26,220 bases of DNA from IMG/VR virus record IMGVR_UViG_3300029930_000017, positions 1 through 26,220 of that record. One strand, written 5' to 3'. The notes below the pieces were generated by a model. That model was not told where the DNA came from. It searched no databases and saw nothing but the letters and a program-made list of their open reading frames with translations. A program made the position numbers and the translations under genes. This document shows, piece by piece, positions 13,981 to 22,921 of this stretch (position 1 is its first letter; every line of letters starts with the position of its first letter). Source of the stretch: a virus (lineage: Duplodnaviria > Caudoviricetes).

Positions 13981-16900
13981 CGCTTTGCCCCCAGCAGTGA
14001 GATTGTGCTGTTACGCAGCCAGCAAGGGTTGCTGCCATTTCCCATCGGAAGGTCGACACGTCGGCTTCCGGTTAGGATCTTGACCCTAGCCGTCGTAATG
14101 TTTCTCGCAGTGAATGTCATTGCGATTGGCAGAGATGCCATCGTGTCTGCAGAGCTGTCCGTACGCAGGCCTACCTGCTGCTGAGCAACAAGGCGGTAGC
14201 CAGAACCGGTATCGAGCAGCATGAACAGATGCTGGCCTGAGTCGTTGTAGGTGTAGATGGAGCCATCGTGGGTCGCGTAGTACACGATCTGCACGGCAGC
14301 AGTAGCATCCACGCCAACAGTAACGACTGGCGTTTCAATTACCATGATGTCATTCAGGAATGTCGGCGGCCCGTAAGTAACGGTTCTCGTGTAATCGCCG
14401 TTTCCAGTGCCAACAAAGTCATAGTACTCAACAAGATTTCCGGTGTAGAAATCGTAGTACTGGACAAAAATGTAATCCCCGTTGTTGGTTCCTACGTAGT
14501 TGTACGTCTCCGATACACCGCTGCTCGTCATCTGAATTGCAGATGCGTTTGGAACGTACACGTCAGCAGCTGTATAGACTTCAGGCTGCGTGATCGCATT
14601 GCCTGCAATCTTCAGGGTGCTAACTGAAAGGTTCGCAATCTTCGCGCCATCGATGTTGGCATTTGTGGCAATCAGCTGGTTAGTGATTGCGCCGCCGGAG
14701 ATCGTGAGCAATCCACCGCTTGACGTCAGAACATTAGTGTCGATCGCAAGGCGCGATGTGGAGATTGTTCCGCTTGTGATCTTGTCCGCAGAAAGCGAAG
14801 TGATCTGAGCATTGCTGATCGTCGCATTCTCAATTTGCGCAGTAGTAATCGTGCCATTTTTTATAATGGCGGTATCTAGGTATGTGACGCCGCCTTCAAC
14901 TTTGAATGGGAATACGTTTGTCGGCGTTCCGGATGCGGAGTTTGCGATGCGGAACGAAGACGCAACGAACGTCGCAACACCGTTAACTATGGAAAGCGTC
15001 GGATTCTGTGTAGTGAACCCGATGATATTTCCGTTGCCGTCAGTCTGCACGCTGGTGCTTCCGCCGGCATAAAGCTCAGTGCCGTAAGTCTTAGCACCGT
15101 TGATACCAACAACTGCGTTGATGTATCCGGCAGTAATCTTGTTGGCAACAAGCGAGGCAATCTTAGCGGACGTAATGGTCGCGTCCTTGATGAACGCGGT
15201 CTTGATGTAGACCGCTCCGCCATCAACAGCAAACGGAACTGTGTCCGCAGACGGCGAGTTCGTTAGGTTGTTGGCAGTGCTTGCCGGGTCAACGATTGCA
15301 AACTTGTCTGCTCGAATGATGAATGCAGACGTCGGCGTTCCGTTGACTAAGGTGCTGGACAGTCCAAAGCCTGACACATGGCCGTTGTTGTCAATCTTTA
15401 CTGAGTACTGCCCAAGAAGGGTGTCATTAGTTCCGCGCTGAGCGGTAAACCGCTGCTCAAGAGCAATAGATGACAGCCCATCAGAAATGCGAACCTGCTT
15501 TACGGCTGAGGCGAACGGGATACCTACGTTCCATGTGAGAAGGTTTCCGGGGTTTGCTGCGTTCCAAGCAGTAACGTCAGACGAGTTACGGATTGCACCG
15601 TTGTTGTCGAACACTTCTCCGTTGGAGTTTCGTGTTGCATAGCCGATCTTTGTCTGCTCTACGTTGACAACAGCGGCGGCGGTTTGCGGGATACGTGCGT
15701 CTTCAGTAAGAACCCAAGATGAGCCGTCCCATCTATAAGCAGCGTTATTGCTCGCCGTGTTAAACCAAATGTCGCCAGTTACTAGCGCACCGGTAGGCGC
15801 AGTGCCTTGCCGGAACGTCTTGTTCTTGCTGGCGGCGACAGTCTCGACCGCGCTCATTCTCGTGGCAAGACCAGTCGGCCCATTTACAGCAGTGTCTAAG
15901 CTGCTGTAGGTCTGCTGAAGCGTGCTGACGTTTGATGTAAGAGTGCCAATTCTTCCGTCAGTTGTCTCAACCCAAGCGCTGCCAGTCCAGCGATACATCT
16001 TGTTGTTGTCGTCTGTGTCGATCCACAGATCTCCGACAGTGAACGATGTAAGCGGAGAAGGAGGAGATGTCGGCTGCGCCGCCTGCTGATAAACCTTAGT
16101 CTTTAGGTTTACCTGAGACTGCAGGCCGGTGGTTATTTGAGCCTGAGAGCTGTCTGCATTGACACGAGCAGTGCGCTCTTCGCCAATGATGCCTGAGATG
16201 TTTGAAAGCGTCAGGCCAGATGCAGTTGTCTGACCAGTGAGTGTCGTAGAAAGAAGCTCACGCGCAGAAACTTCGCTGCTGTCAGCAGCAGTACGGGCGC
16301 TTCTCTCGCTTCCGATCAGTCCGCCTGCGGTGGCAAGCGTAACGCCTGACGGGTCTGCAGCGCCAACGAGAGACGTAGAGAGTAGCTGTCTGGCAGTTAC
16401 CTCAGCAGAGTCAGCAGCAGCTCTTGCGGCAGCTTCCTCAAGGATCGACGCCTGAGATGCGGCAGGAGCATTTCGCCCGATCGAGATCCAGTCGATGTCA
16501 AATGTGTCTGAGCTGGTGCCAAGCAGGATCTGTATGTTGAGGATCGTGCCGCTAGTCCAGTCAGTAATGCCGTCAAGGTCAAAGTCGACAATGGTCGTAG
16601 CGCCGACTCCGATGCCGGGGTCTGCAATCGTCTTCTCGTATGAAGAGGAGAATCCGTGCCCAGAAGTCTTCCATCTAAGCTTGCCTACCCAGCCAGTACC
16701 GGCGACTCGCTTGAAGCGCACCTTTACGATTCTGTAAGCGGCTCCGTTGAATCCGGGGCTGAAGTCTGCAGACAAGCTGATTGAAGGATCAGATCCTGTC
16801 GGCGTAAGAGTGATGTAGCCGTTACCGACAGACAGCGTGCAGTTAGATCCTGCCCAGCCATCAGCTGAGCTGTCGAAGTGGAACGTGTCGTACGGATCGA

Positions 16901-18002
16901 AACCGCCAGACACGCCTGCAGTCAGAAGCGAGATCTGCTGCGCAAGTGCAGAGTCCTGCGAAGAGCGAGCCTGCCGCTCTTGAAAGATGAGTCCGGTGGT
17001 GACCTGACTTAGATCATTTCCGGTATAACCGCCGCGAACCTGAGTGGCGAGCGTGTTTCGCTCAGTAGCCTCAGCAGAGTCCGCGTTTGCTCGCGCTGTC
17101 GCTTCAGCCTGAATGGCTGCGGTTAGCGTCGAGTTGTTGCTATTAACGGTGGCCGTTAAAGTCGTGATGTCCTGCGCCAGTGCGCCGTCAGCATTCTGTC
17201 TTGCGATCTGCTCGTTGGTGATAGCAGTGCCACGAGCGGCTGCTTCATCGAGCAAAGCCTGCGCACGAGTAGCAGCCTCCGCATTGATTGCCGCAACACG
17301 AGCGGTGAACTCCTGCTTCATGCGGTAGTTCACTGAGTTGACCAGCTCTGCAGGCCCGTCAATCAGCTGAATCCTGCTTGAAAGATCCTTGACCAGATCG
17401 AGGTTGAGGATCTCTTCCTCAAGGATCTTGATCAGCTCAGCAGGGTCAGTCGATGCCTGAGCGGATGCGGACTCTTGGCTGTACGGGCCTTTTACTTCGG
17501 CCTTTGATACAAACCGAACCCAGTAGTAGTAGGTGAACTCTTTCGCTCTTGGGCTATCCATGTAGCCCTGCGAAGTGCTGGTTCCTAGCAGTGTTGCAGT
17601 GCCGACGTCATCGCTCTCTGAACGCCATACTTCTGCGTACAGATGGTTCTTGTAGAACGGCTGATCCCAAGTAATGAAGATGATTCCGATCGAGCCAAAA
17701 GCCTGAACATTCTCAGGAGCAGGCGGCGGAGTCAGGTCTTCTGACGGGTTGTATCCGTCCGGGTCAACATTCGGCGGAAAAATCGGAAGGCCAAGCTTGG
17801 CAGCAGATGACGGTGTGTAAGCGCCAGTCGCATCCTTCGCCATCCCAAGGTTGACGAGGTCGCGGTAGGTTACGTTGGCGTCAAGCTTGTTGCCTGAGAT
17901 GCCCTCTCTGACGTCGAGCAGCATCTTGACCGCGTTGAGGATGTACTCAACGGAGCCAGTGCCGACATCAGGGATTGACGGAACCTTGGTCTCTACGCTC
18001 AT
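13977..18002 (-). CDS. tail tip / host-specificity protein (J-like; FN3-like, coiled coil, CBM-like, DUF1983-like)
   Basis: FN3-like ITWDQP...AEVWRS...YYYWVRFVS; E..AR..AD coiled-coil repeats; QYSVKIDNNGHVSGFGL...FIIRADKFAI...PFAVDGGAVYIKTAFIKDATITSAKI. Confidence 0.82.
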   Translation of the reverse strand: MSVETKVPSIPDVGTGSVEYILNAVKMLLDVREGISGNKLDANVTYRDLVNLGMAKDATGAYTPSSAAKLGLPIFPPNVDPDGYNPSEDLTPPPAPENVQAFGSIGIIFITWDQPFYKNHLYAEVWRSESDDVGTATLLGTSTSQGYMDSPRAKEFTYYYWVRFVSKAEVKGPYSQESASAQASTDPAELIKILEEEILNLDLVKDLSSRIQLIDGPAELVNSVNYRMKQEFTARVAAINAEAATRAQALLDEAAARGTAITNEQIARQNADGALAQDITTLTATVNSNNSTLTAAIQAEATARANADSAEATERNTLATQVRGGYTGNDLSQVTTGLIFQERQARSSQDSALAQQISLLTAGVSGGFDPYDTFHFDSSADGWAGSNCTLSVGNGYITLTPTGSDPSISLSADFSPGFNGAAYRIVKVRFKRVAGTGWVGKLRWKTSGHGFSSSYEKTIADPGIGVGATTIVDFDLDGITDWTSGTILNIQILLGTSSDTFDIDWISIGRNAPAASQASILEEAAARAAADSAEVTARQLLSTSLVGAADPSGVTLATAGGLIGSERSARTAADSSEVSARELLSTTLTGQTTASGLTLSNISGIIGEERTARVNADSSQAQITTGLQSQVNLKTKVYQQAAQPTSPPSPLTSFTVGDLWIDTDDNNKMYRWTGSAWVETTDGRIGTLTSNVSTLQQTYSSLDTAVNGPTGLATRMSAVETVAASKNKTFRQGTAPTGALVTGDIWFNTASNNAAYRWDGSSWVLTEDARIPQTAAAVVNVEQTKIGYATRNSNGEVFDNNGAIRNSSDVTAWNAANPGNLLTWNVGIPFASAVKQVRISDGLSSIALEQRFTAQRGTNDTLLGQYSVKIDNNGHVSGFGLSSTLVNGTPTSAFIIRADKFAIVDPASTANNLTNSPSADTVPFAVDGGAVYIKTAFIKDATITSAKIASLVANKITAGYINAVVGINGAKTYGTELYAGGSTSVQTDGNGNIIGFTTQNPTLSIVNGVATFVASSFRIANSASGTPTNVFPFKVEGGVTYLDTAIIKNGTITTAQIENATISNAQITSLSADKITSGTISTSRLAIDTNVLTSSGGLLTISGGAITNQLIATNANIDGAKIANLSVSTLKIAGNAITQPEVYTAADVYVPNASAIQMTSSGVSETYNYVGTNNGDYIFVQYYDFYTGNLVEYYDFVGTGNGDYTRTVTYGPPTFLNDIMVIETPVVTVGVDATAAVQIVYYATHDGSIYTYNDSGQHLFMLLDTGSGYRLVAQQQVGLRTDSSADTMASLPIAMTFTARNITTARVKILTGSRRVDLPMGNGSNPCWLRNSTISLLGAKR

Positions 18003-20638
18003 GCGCCTTTCAACTCAGCAGTAGACTGGGCCACGGCGATCATCTGCACAGGATCTTGTCCCTCAACAGTCACGTACCAGTTGCGTGCCATATATCCGGA
18101 AGGCAAGCGGAACGGATCTGCGCTGGTTATTGCCTTTGTCAGTTTGAGTACGCCATCTGCGTATATTTTAAGGGTGCAGTTGTTCGTGTACGTAGAGCAG
18201 AAAACTTGAGCTATGCCGAAGTTAGTTTCCTGAGCTGACTCAAAAATCTTCGACTTCCAAAAGTAATTTCGCTTGGTCGAGGACTTGTCCATCTTAACGA
18301 TGTAACCGCCCTCAACGATATGCAGGGAGTCAGACGTAGCCACGACATGGCCTGCGTTAGTGGTCTGCGTGCCAATCGTGAACGGCGCGTCGTTGCCAAC
18401 GAGGTTGAAGACGAGGACACCCTTGGAGTTGTCCGTCTTTGTGTAGAAGGCGTAGTAACGCCCCTCGTGAATATATGCATGGATGGAAGACGGGTTGTAT
18501 TCCTGCCACTGCTTTTGCGACAGCATCTTCGCGGTAAGCAAGCTGACGCCGCCAAGGCCGATCTGAGCAAGGCCATCCGGCGATGCGTAGATGACGGAGT
18601 CGCCAGCATCCACAATAGATCGCTTCGAGACGCACGCCTGCTGGAAGGACGTCTTGACCAGCGTCATCGCGGACGGGTCGATGCCTGTAGCGATGTACGG
18701 GAAGGAGTCAGTCAGCACTGCGACAGACTGGCCGAAGGTGCCAAGCCCGACGATGGTGGCATCTACAGGCAGGAAGTTCTTGCTCGACCACGCATGCGGC
18801 ATGAACGGCTCTGAGAAGCACAAGTCCTTCCCTGAGAAAGCCGTGAAGATGCCATTGGCCATGACCTTTAGCCCCTTCAGATCAGTCGGCGGAGGCTCCC
18901 AGTCCAGAGACGGCATGATCTCGCCAAGATCGGACTGTCGCTTATAGTCGGTGTAGTTCACCGTGGCGATCGGCACTTCCGCAACAAACTGGTAGTCTGT
19001 TGTATTTGAGCCACTAGATGTGCGGTAGACGTACTTTTTGGTGATGTTGTAGTTCCCGGTCGGCGCACCGCCGGTAACGACCAAAACCCCCTCGTTGGGG
19101 TTGACGTCGATCAGGGTGGACGGGTCGGAAGGCGGCCCTTCCTCGCCGTACTCAGAGACGTACGTGTAGACGTATACGCGGCTCTCAGCAGTGACCTTGG
19201 CCGGAAGTGATCCAACCGCGCCAAACGCCGCCACGGCTCCACCCGGCGGCTCGTCGATGCCATTCTGAACGGCAGGGGCGGCATTGCCAGAGATGGAGGC
19301 GTCTGAGGCCGTATCCGTGTACGAGGACTGCGAGACCGGGACTTCGACCACTAAGCGGTAGGCTGAGTCCACAACTGTGTAGGTGCCTGTTCCGCTGTAG
19401 GTGACCGTCTGGCGGTAGATTCGCTTCTTGGTCACGTCGGAGGCGACCACCTCGTTGTGGGTGATGTTGACCGAAGTCACGCCGTCTATGACCTTGACCA
19501 CGCCGGATGACTTGCTGACCGGCCCCTCGATGGAGGCGGAAGTCACGAACGCAATTGCGTAGACGTGGGCAACCGTAACCGCGCCAGAAGTAACCGTGGT
19601 GTCGTTGAACGGGATTACAGCAACCGGGGGCGTGATCGGGCGAGTCGGGCGGTTCTCGACGTTGCCAGACAAAGAAGCCGCACCGGCCAGATCCGCATCC
19701 GTGTGCAGGTCGACGTACTCCGCATCGCTCAGCGGGATCGTGTCCACAAGGCGGAACGTGCCGCTGACCTTGCGGTAGATGCGCTTGTTGGTGATATCGA
19801 GGTTGCCGTTGTTGTCCGTAGGTAGGGAGAACAGCTTCACCTTCGGCGGATATCGGCGCTTGACCGCATACGTGCCGGCAGGCGGCAGAGCCGGGAAGGC
19901 CTGCGTGTTCTTGATCGTGAAGATCTTCGAGTCAACGATCGAGGCGACTTCCCATGTGTCGTTCCATCCGGCCTCAGTCGAGCCGGTGATCCCAATGTAG
20001 TCTTTGACCGCAAGGTTGTGCGAGGCAGAGCAGGTCACTCTGTACGACGTGCCGCTCTCATAGGTAAAGGCCGTCGCAAGAACAACGCCAGTATCCACGT
20101 TGACCGACAGCGCCTTGACCTTCACCTCTTGGCTTGGAGCGGACTCTTTGCTGCCGTCGGTGTTGGTGTACGTCAGGACATAGGTGCGCTCGACAGTGTC
20201 GGCCTCAGTCACCGGAACGCCGGTCACAAGCGGAACAACTGTTGGCTTCGGGATGCCAAGGCGATACGAGTTGCGCGGGTAGGCAGAGGAGCCTGACGCG
20301 AATGCAACAGACTCAGGGGCGTAACGAGGATAGTCCTCGCCAGTCCAATAAACTCTGCCGTAGGTATCTTGAGTGATTGGCGATCGGGCGATATCCACGT
20401 CAGACGTGAACTCAAACCAGTTCAGCGACTCGTCGACATTGTCTCTGGCGCGGAAGATTGTCTTAACAGTACCGGATACAGTCTTGATCGGAGTGACGGT
20501 AGTGTTGACCTCGACAGGCTCGATGTTGCCGGAGAAAAGGCGAACGTCTTTGGCTTCTTGTGCCTCAGAGGAATCAAGGAGCTTTGGGTCGAGGATCGGA
20601 CGCATACCGCGAAATCCTCGAATCACGAAACCTGCCAT
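17999..20638 (-). CDS. tail tubular / stabilisation-type virion protein
   Basis: N-terminal FRGMRPILDPKLL..AQ.A..V.LFSG, central YVYTYVSEYGEEGPPS, and propeller-like C-terminus (CFSEPFMPHAW...ACVSKRSIV...YASPDGL...FRLPSG), typical of podophage tail/stabilisation proteins. Confidence 0.75.
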   Translation of the reverse strand: MAGFVIRGFRGMRPILDPKLLDSSEAQEAKDVRLFSGNIEPVEVNTTVTPIKTVSGTVKTIFRARDNVDESLNWFEFTSDVDIARSPITQDTYGRVYWTGEDYPRYAPESVAFASGSSAYPRNSYRLGIPKPTVVPLVTGVPVTEADTVERTYVLTYTNTDGSKESAPSQEVKVKALSVNVDTGVVLATAFTYESGTSYRVTCSASHNLAVKDYIGITGSTEAGWNDTWEVASIVDSKIFTIKNTQAFPALPPAGTYAVKRRYPPKVKLFSLPTDNNGNLDITNKRIYRKVSGTFRLVDTIPLSDAEYVDLHTDADLAGAASLSGNVENRPTRPITPPVAVIPFNDTTVTSGAVTVAHVYAIAFVTSASIEGPVSKSSGVVKVIDGVTSVNITHNEVVASDVTKKRIYRQTVTYSGTGTYTVVDSAYRLVVEVPVSQSSYTDTASDASISGNAAPAVQNGIDEPPGGAVAAFGAVGSLPAKVTAESRVYVYTYVSEYGEEGPPSDPSTLIDVNPNEGVLVVTGGAPTGNYNITKKYVYRTSSGSNTTDYQFVAEVPIATVNYTDYKRQSDLGEIMPSLDWEPPPTDLKGLKVMANGIFTAFSGKDLCFSEPFMPHAWSSKNFLPVDATIVGLGTFGQSVAVLTDSFPYIATGIDPSAMTLVKTSFQQACVSKRSIVDAGDSVIYASPDGLAQIGLGGVSLLTAKMLSQKQWQEYNPSSIHAYIHEGRYYAFYTKTDNSKGVLVFNLVGNDAPFTIGTQTTNAGHVVATSDSLHIVEGGYIVKMDKSSTKRNYFWKSKIFESAQETNFGIAQVFCSTYTNNCTLKIYADGVLKLTKAITSADPFRLPSGYMARNWYVTVEGQDPVQMIAVAQSTAELKGA

Positions 20639-20671
20639 GTTTTCTTCCTAGATGAGAATAGGTGGGCCTCC

Positions 20672-20700
20672 TAAAAAGACGGGGGCATTTCTGCCCCCAT
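20672..20700 (-). terminator. rho-independent terminator
   Basis: The - strand reads GGGGGCA-GAAA-TGCCCCC-GTCTTTTT: a 7-bp GC stem, GNRA tetraloop and U-rich tail just after the stop at 20706. Confidence 0.8.
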
Positions 20701-20705
20701 GCATT

Positions 20706-20873
20706 TTAGGCTTTCGGAGCCTCTTCAGCGGAAGGAGCCGGCGACATCTGCGGCTGAGCCTGCATCTGCAGCTTCTGGATCAGGCCAGCCACAGCCTCGA
20801 AGGGCTGCTTGGCAAGGGCCGCGATCAACAGGTTCGCTTCTTCCATCGAGACTTCAAACTTCAGGTTATTCAC
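20706..20873 (-). CDS. small conserved phage protein downstream of tail-fibre module
   Basis: EEANLLIAALAKQPFEAVAGLIQKLQMQA pattern. A perfect AAGGAGGT RBS precedes GTG 20873; an alternative TAATG-coupled start lies at 20894. Confidence 0.78.
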   Translation of the reverse strand: MNNLKFEVSMEEANLLIAALAKQPFEAVAGLIQKLQMQAQPQMSPAPSAEEAPKA

Positions 20874-20893
20874 AATGACCTCCTTAACTTCCA

Positions 20894-21319
20894 TTAGTAC
20901 ACCAACACTCCGTTCGCATAGAACTTAGAGTTTCCAAAGGTATAGACAACGCCCTTGTATGGGTGAGGCTCTATACCTGTAATTCTAGTCTGAATTCCAA
21001 GCTCGTTTACCACAAAGTCCCCGACGGATATGTAGCCCGGAACGCCCATGTCTTTGTACCCAATCGACGGGTTGATAGAGACGTATCCCTTGCCGATTAC
21101 ATACAGCGGGTGGTCTTCTGAGGCAACGAGAGTCTTCCCGTTCTCGAAGGTGTAGGTGTACATCGGGCGATCTTCGCGGACGATGACTTCCTTGACCGGG
21201 ACTGCGACATTCAGTTGAGACAGATCGTCGTAGACGAGAATGAAATCGCCAGCCTTGATGTCGCCAATTTGCTTTGTACTTCCGTCGCCCATGCTGATGA
21301 GGGTGTCCGGTGTGAAGCA
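20894..21319 (-). other. Hint (intein-like) autoprocessing domain lacking the terminal His-Asn
   Basis: Block A Cys1 (CFTPDT, codon 21317-21319), block B SEDH, and a block F/G-like end FYANGVLVY-stop. Confidence 0.85.
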
Positions 21320-21820
21320 GCAGAGCGGGCAGTTGCCTTCGCCCTCCGTTTCAACCGTTACCGCCCAGTAGCGAGTGTTAGATCCGGATGTAGCATCGAC
21401 GTTCCAAGTTCTCGTTCTGAATGTCGTGCTGATGTTTCCGGCCATCGAGAACGTAATCGAGGTCGCGCTTGATCCGCTTGAAATGTTTACGCTGCCACCA
21501 GCTCCGCTGACTGCTGTATACGTCCACGTAGCACTTTGAGTGCAGGTGATAGTAACTGTCGCAGTCGATGCGTACTGGTAAGCGTAAAGAGACGTTCGAG
21601 ATCCGGATGAAGTGCTGCCATCCGGAGAGAACGTACCACCCGGCGCTGTTGGCCTCTTGGAATAGAACTCGCTCATGCTGATAGCGCCTGACGAGAATGT
21701 GCCAGATCCGCCAGCATCGGTGTACCAAGTAGTACCGCGATAAGAGTTCAGGTTATTCCCGCGACCAAACTCGGCGTTGATCTGAGAGATACTGATTGCG
21801 CCTGATGCCTGAAGCGTCAT
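20894..21820 (-). CDS. tail-fibre-tip adhesin-like protein with C-terminal Hint domain
   Basis: N-terminal MTLQASGAISISQINAEFG...SGAISMSEFY motif of distal fibre proteins and a Ser/Thr/Gly-rich middle. C-terminus CFTPDTLISMGDGSTKQIGDIKAGD...SEDHPLY...ISVGD...VY...FYANGVLV. Confidence 0.85.
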   Translation of the reverse strand: MTLQASGAISISQINAEFGRGNNLNSYRGTTWYTDAGGSGTFSSGAISMSEFYSKRPTAPGGTFSPDGSTSSGSRTSLYAYQYASTATVTITCTQSATWTYTAVSGAGGSVNISSGSSATSITFSMAGNISTTFRTRTWNVDATSGSNTRYWAVTVETEGEGNCPLCCFTPDTLISMGDGSTKQIGDIKAGDFILVYDDLSQLNVAVPVKEVIVREDRPMYTYTFENGKTLVASEDHPLYVIGKGYVSINPSIGYKDMGVPGYISVGDFVVNELGIQTRITGIEPHPYKGVVYTFGNSKFYANGVLVY

Positions 21821-21828
21821 TCGCTAAC

Positions 21829-22149
21829 TCACTGCGCCCAAGGGATAGGCTTTGTCTGCATGGCTGCCTCTTCTGCCATGCGAGCAAGAACCGCAGCGAT
21901 ATGCGACTTGGCGTGTTCCGTACCAGCGTCTGCATCGATCCAAGCAGTAGCCTGCTCAAGAGTAAGCAAGGCAAACGAAGTGAATGTCTGCGGATCGGCG
22001 TCTGGAAGGCGAACAGTGACAGGGAGATGGAATTGAATGTCTCCATCTGCTCCCCATACGTTCACGTCGATCTCCTTCACGACATCAACAAGATCGCCCT
22101 GCGTCACAACGCGGACGGTGTTGATCGCATACGAGTACGAAACAGCCAT
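21829..22149 (-). CDS. small tail-fibre-associated protein (DUF7936-like), paralog 3
   Basis: DVVKEIDV.V.G.DG...F..F..LT.EQ...W...KPIPW pattern; AGGAG RBS. Confidence 0.78.
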   Translation of the reverse strand: MAVSYSYAINTVRVVTQGDLVDVVKEIDVNVWGADGDIQFHLPVTVRLPDADPQTFTSFALLTLEQATAWIDADAGTEHAKSHIAAVLARMAEEAAMQTKPIPWAQ

Positions 22150-22161
22150 TAACTGCTCCTA

Positions 22162-22524
22162 TTAGACTGAAGGCATGGCTGGGCCAGAAGGAGCAGGATC
22201 AGGCACTGGCTCCCAAGGCAGCGGCTTCAGCTCCATCGCAAGCTTCTCGACTTCCTTGGAAACCACAAACGCAATGTGCGCCTTAGTGCCGTCAAGTGAC
22301 GAGTCATTCTCAACCCAAGAAACCAGCTGCTCCTCAGTTAGGGCTGAGAATGCAGTGAAGCTGGTCGGGTCTGCTGCGCCAAGTTTGACGACAACAGGAA
22401 GCTCAAACTTCGCCGCACCGTCAGTGCCGGTCACAGTGACCTCGACTTCCTTAACGACATCCGTTAAGCCGTCCTGAGCCACCACACGGGCAGCATTGAC
22501 CTTGTACGAATAAACAATAGACAT
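22162..22524 (-). CDS. small tail-fibre-associated protein (DUF7936-like), paralog 2
   Basis: Aligns without gaps to 21829-22149 at roughly half identical residues; ends KPLPW plus a Pro-rich tail. Confidence 0.78.
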   Translation of the reverse strand: MSIVYSYKVNAARVVAQDGLTDVVKEVEVTVTGTDGAAKFELPVVVKLGAADPTSFTAFSALTEEQLVSWVENDSSLDGTKAHIAFVVSKEVEKLAMELKPLPWEPVPDPAPSGPAMPSV

Positions 22525-22555
22525 ATAAATCCCCTAACGATTTGAAAAATCTATA

Positions 22556-22921
22556 TTACCAAGGCAATGGCTTTGATGATGAGCTATGAGTTTTTGCATC
22601 AATCTGTCCTTTGATGGCGTGTTCGTACCCAGTCATATCGCCAAGCTGAGATTTTACCCATTCGACAACTTGGCTCTTTGTTAGTGACGAATACTGAATA
22701 AAGTTTGATGGCGATAGATCAGAATGGTAAGTAACTAACTGCCCACTTCCATTGCGAAATGTGTTGTCTTTAACAGCAAAGACCGCTACTCCTGAGCAGT
22801 CTCCAGTTACTCCATTCTCATCTGTACCTTTGTACGACCAATGGACTCTCTCGATAACATCGCTCATATCCCCAACAGATACAGTATCAACTTGGCGTAT
22901 TTCCCATTCATAAGTGATCAT
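22556..22921 (-). CDS. small tail-fibre-associated protein (DUF7936-like), paralog 1
   Basis: MITYEWEI...DVIERVHWSYKGTD...FIQYSSLTKSQVVEWV...KPLPW; ATGA-coupled to the fibre gene, AGGAG RBS. Confidence 0.8.
   Translation of the reverse strand: MITYEWEIRQVDTVSVGDMSDVIERVHWSYKGTDENGVTGDCSGVAVFAVKDNTFRNGSGQLVTYHSDLSPSNFIQYSSLTKSQVVEWVKSQLGDMTGYEHAIKGQIDAKTHSSSSKPLPW

Noticed and set aside
14388-14510. Possible diversity-generating retroelement variable region
   Set aside because: No reverse transcriptase or template repeat with adenine-specific mismatches in the window; the two units are short and differ at non-A positions too.
20894-21319. Canonical splicing intein or mobile element
   Set aside because: No terminal Asn, no C-extein and no homing endonuclease, so it is treated as a Hint autoprocessing domain.
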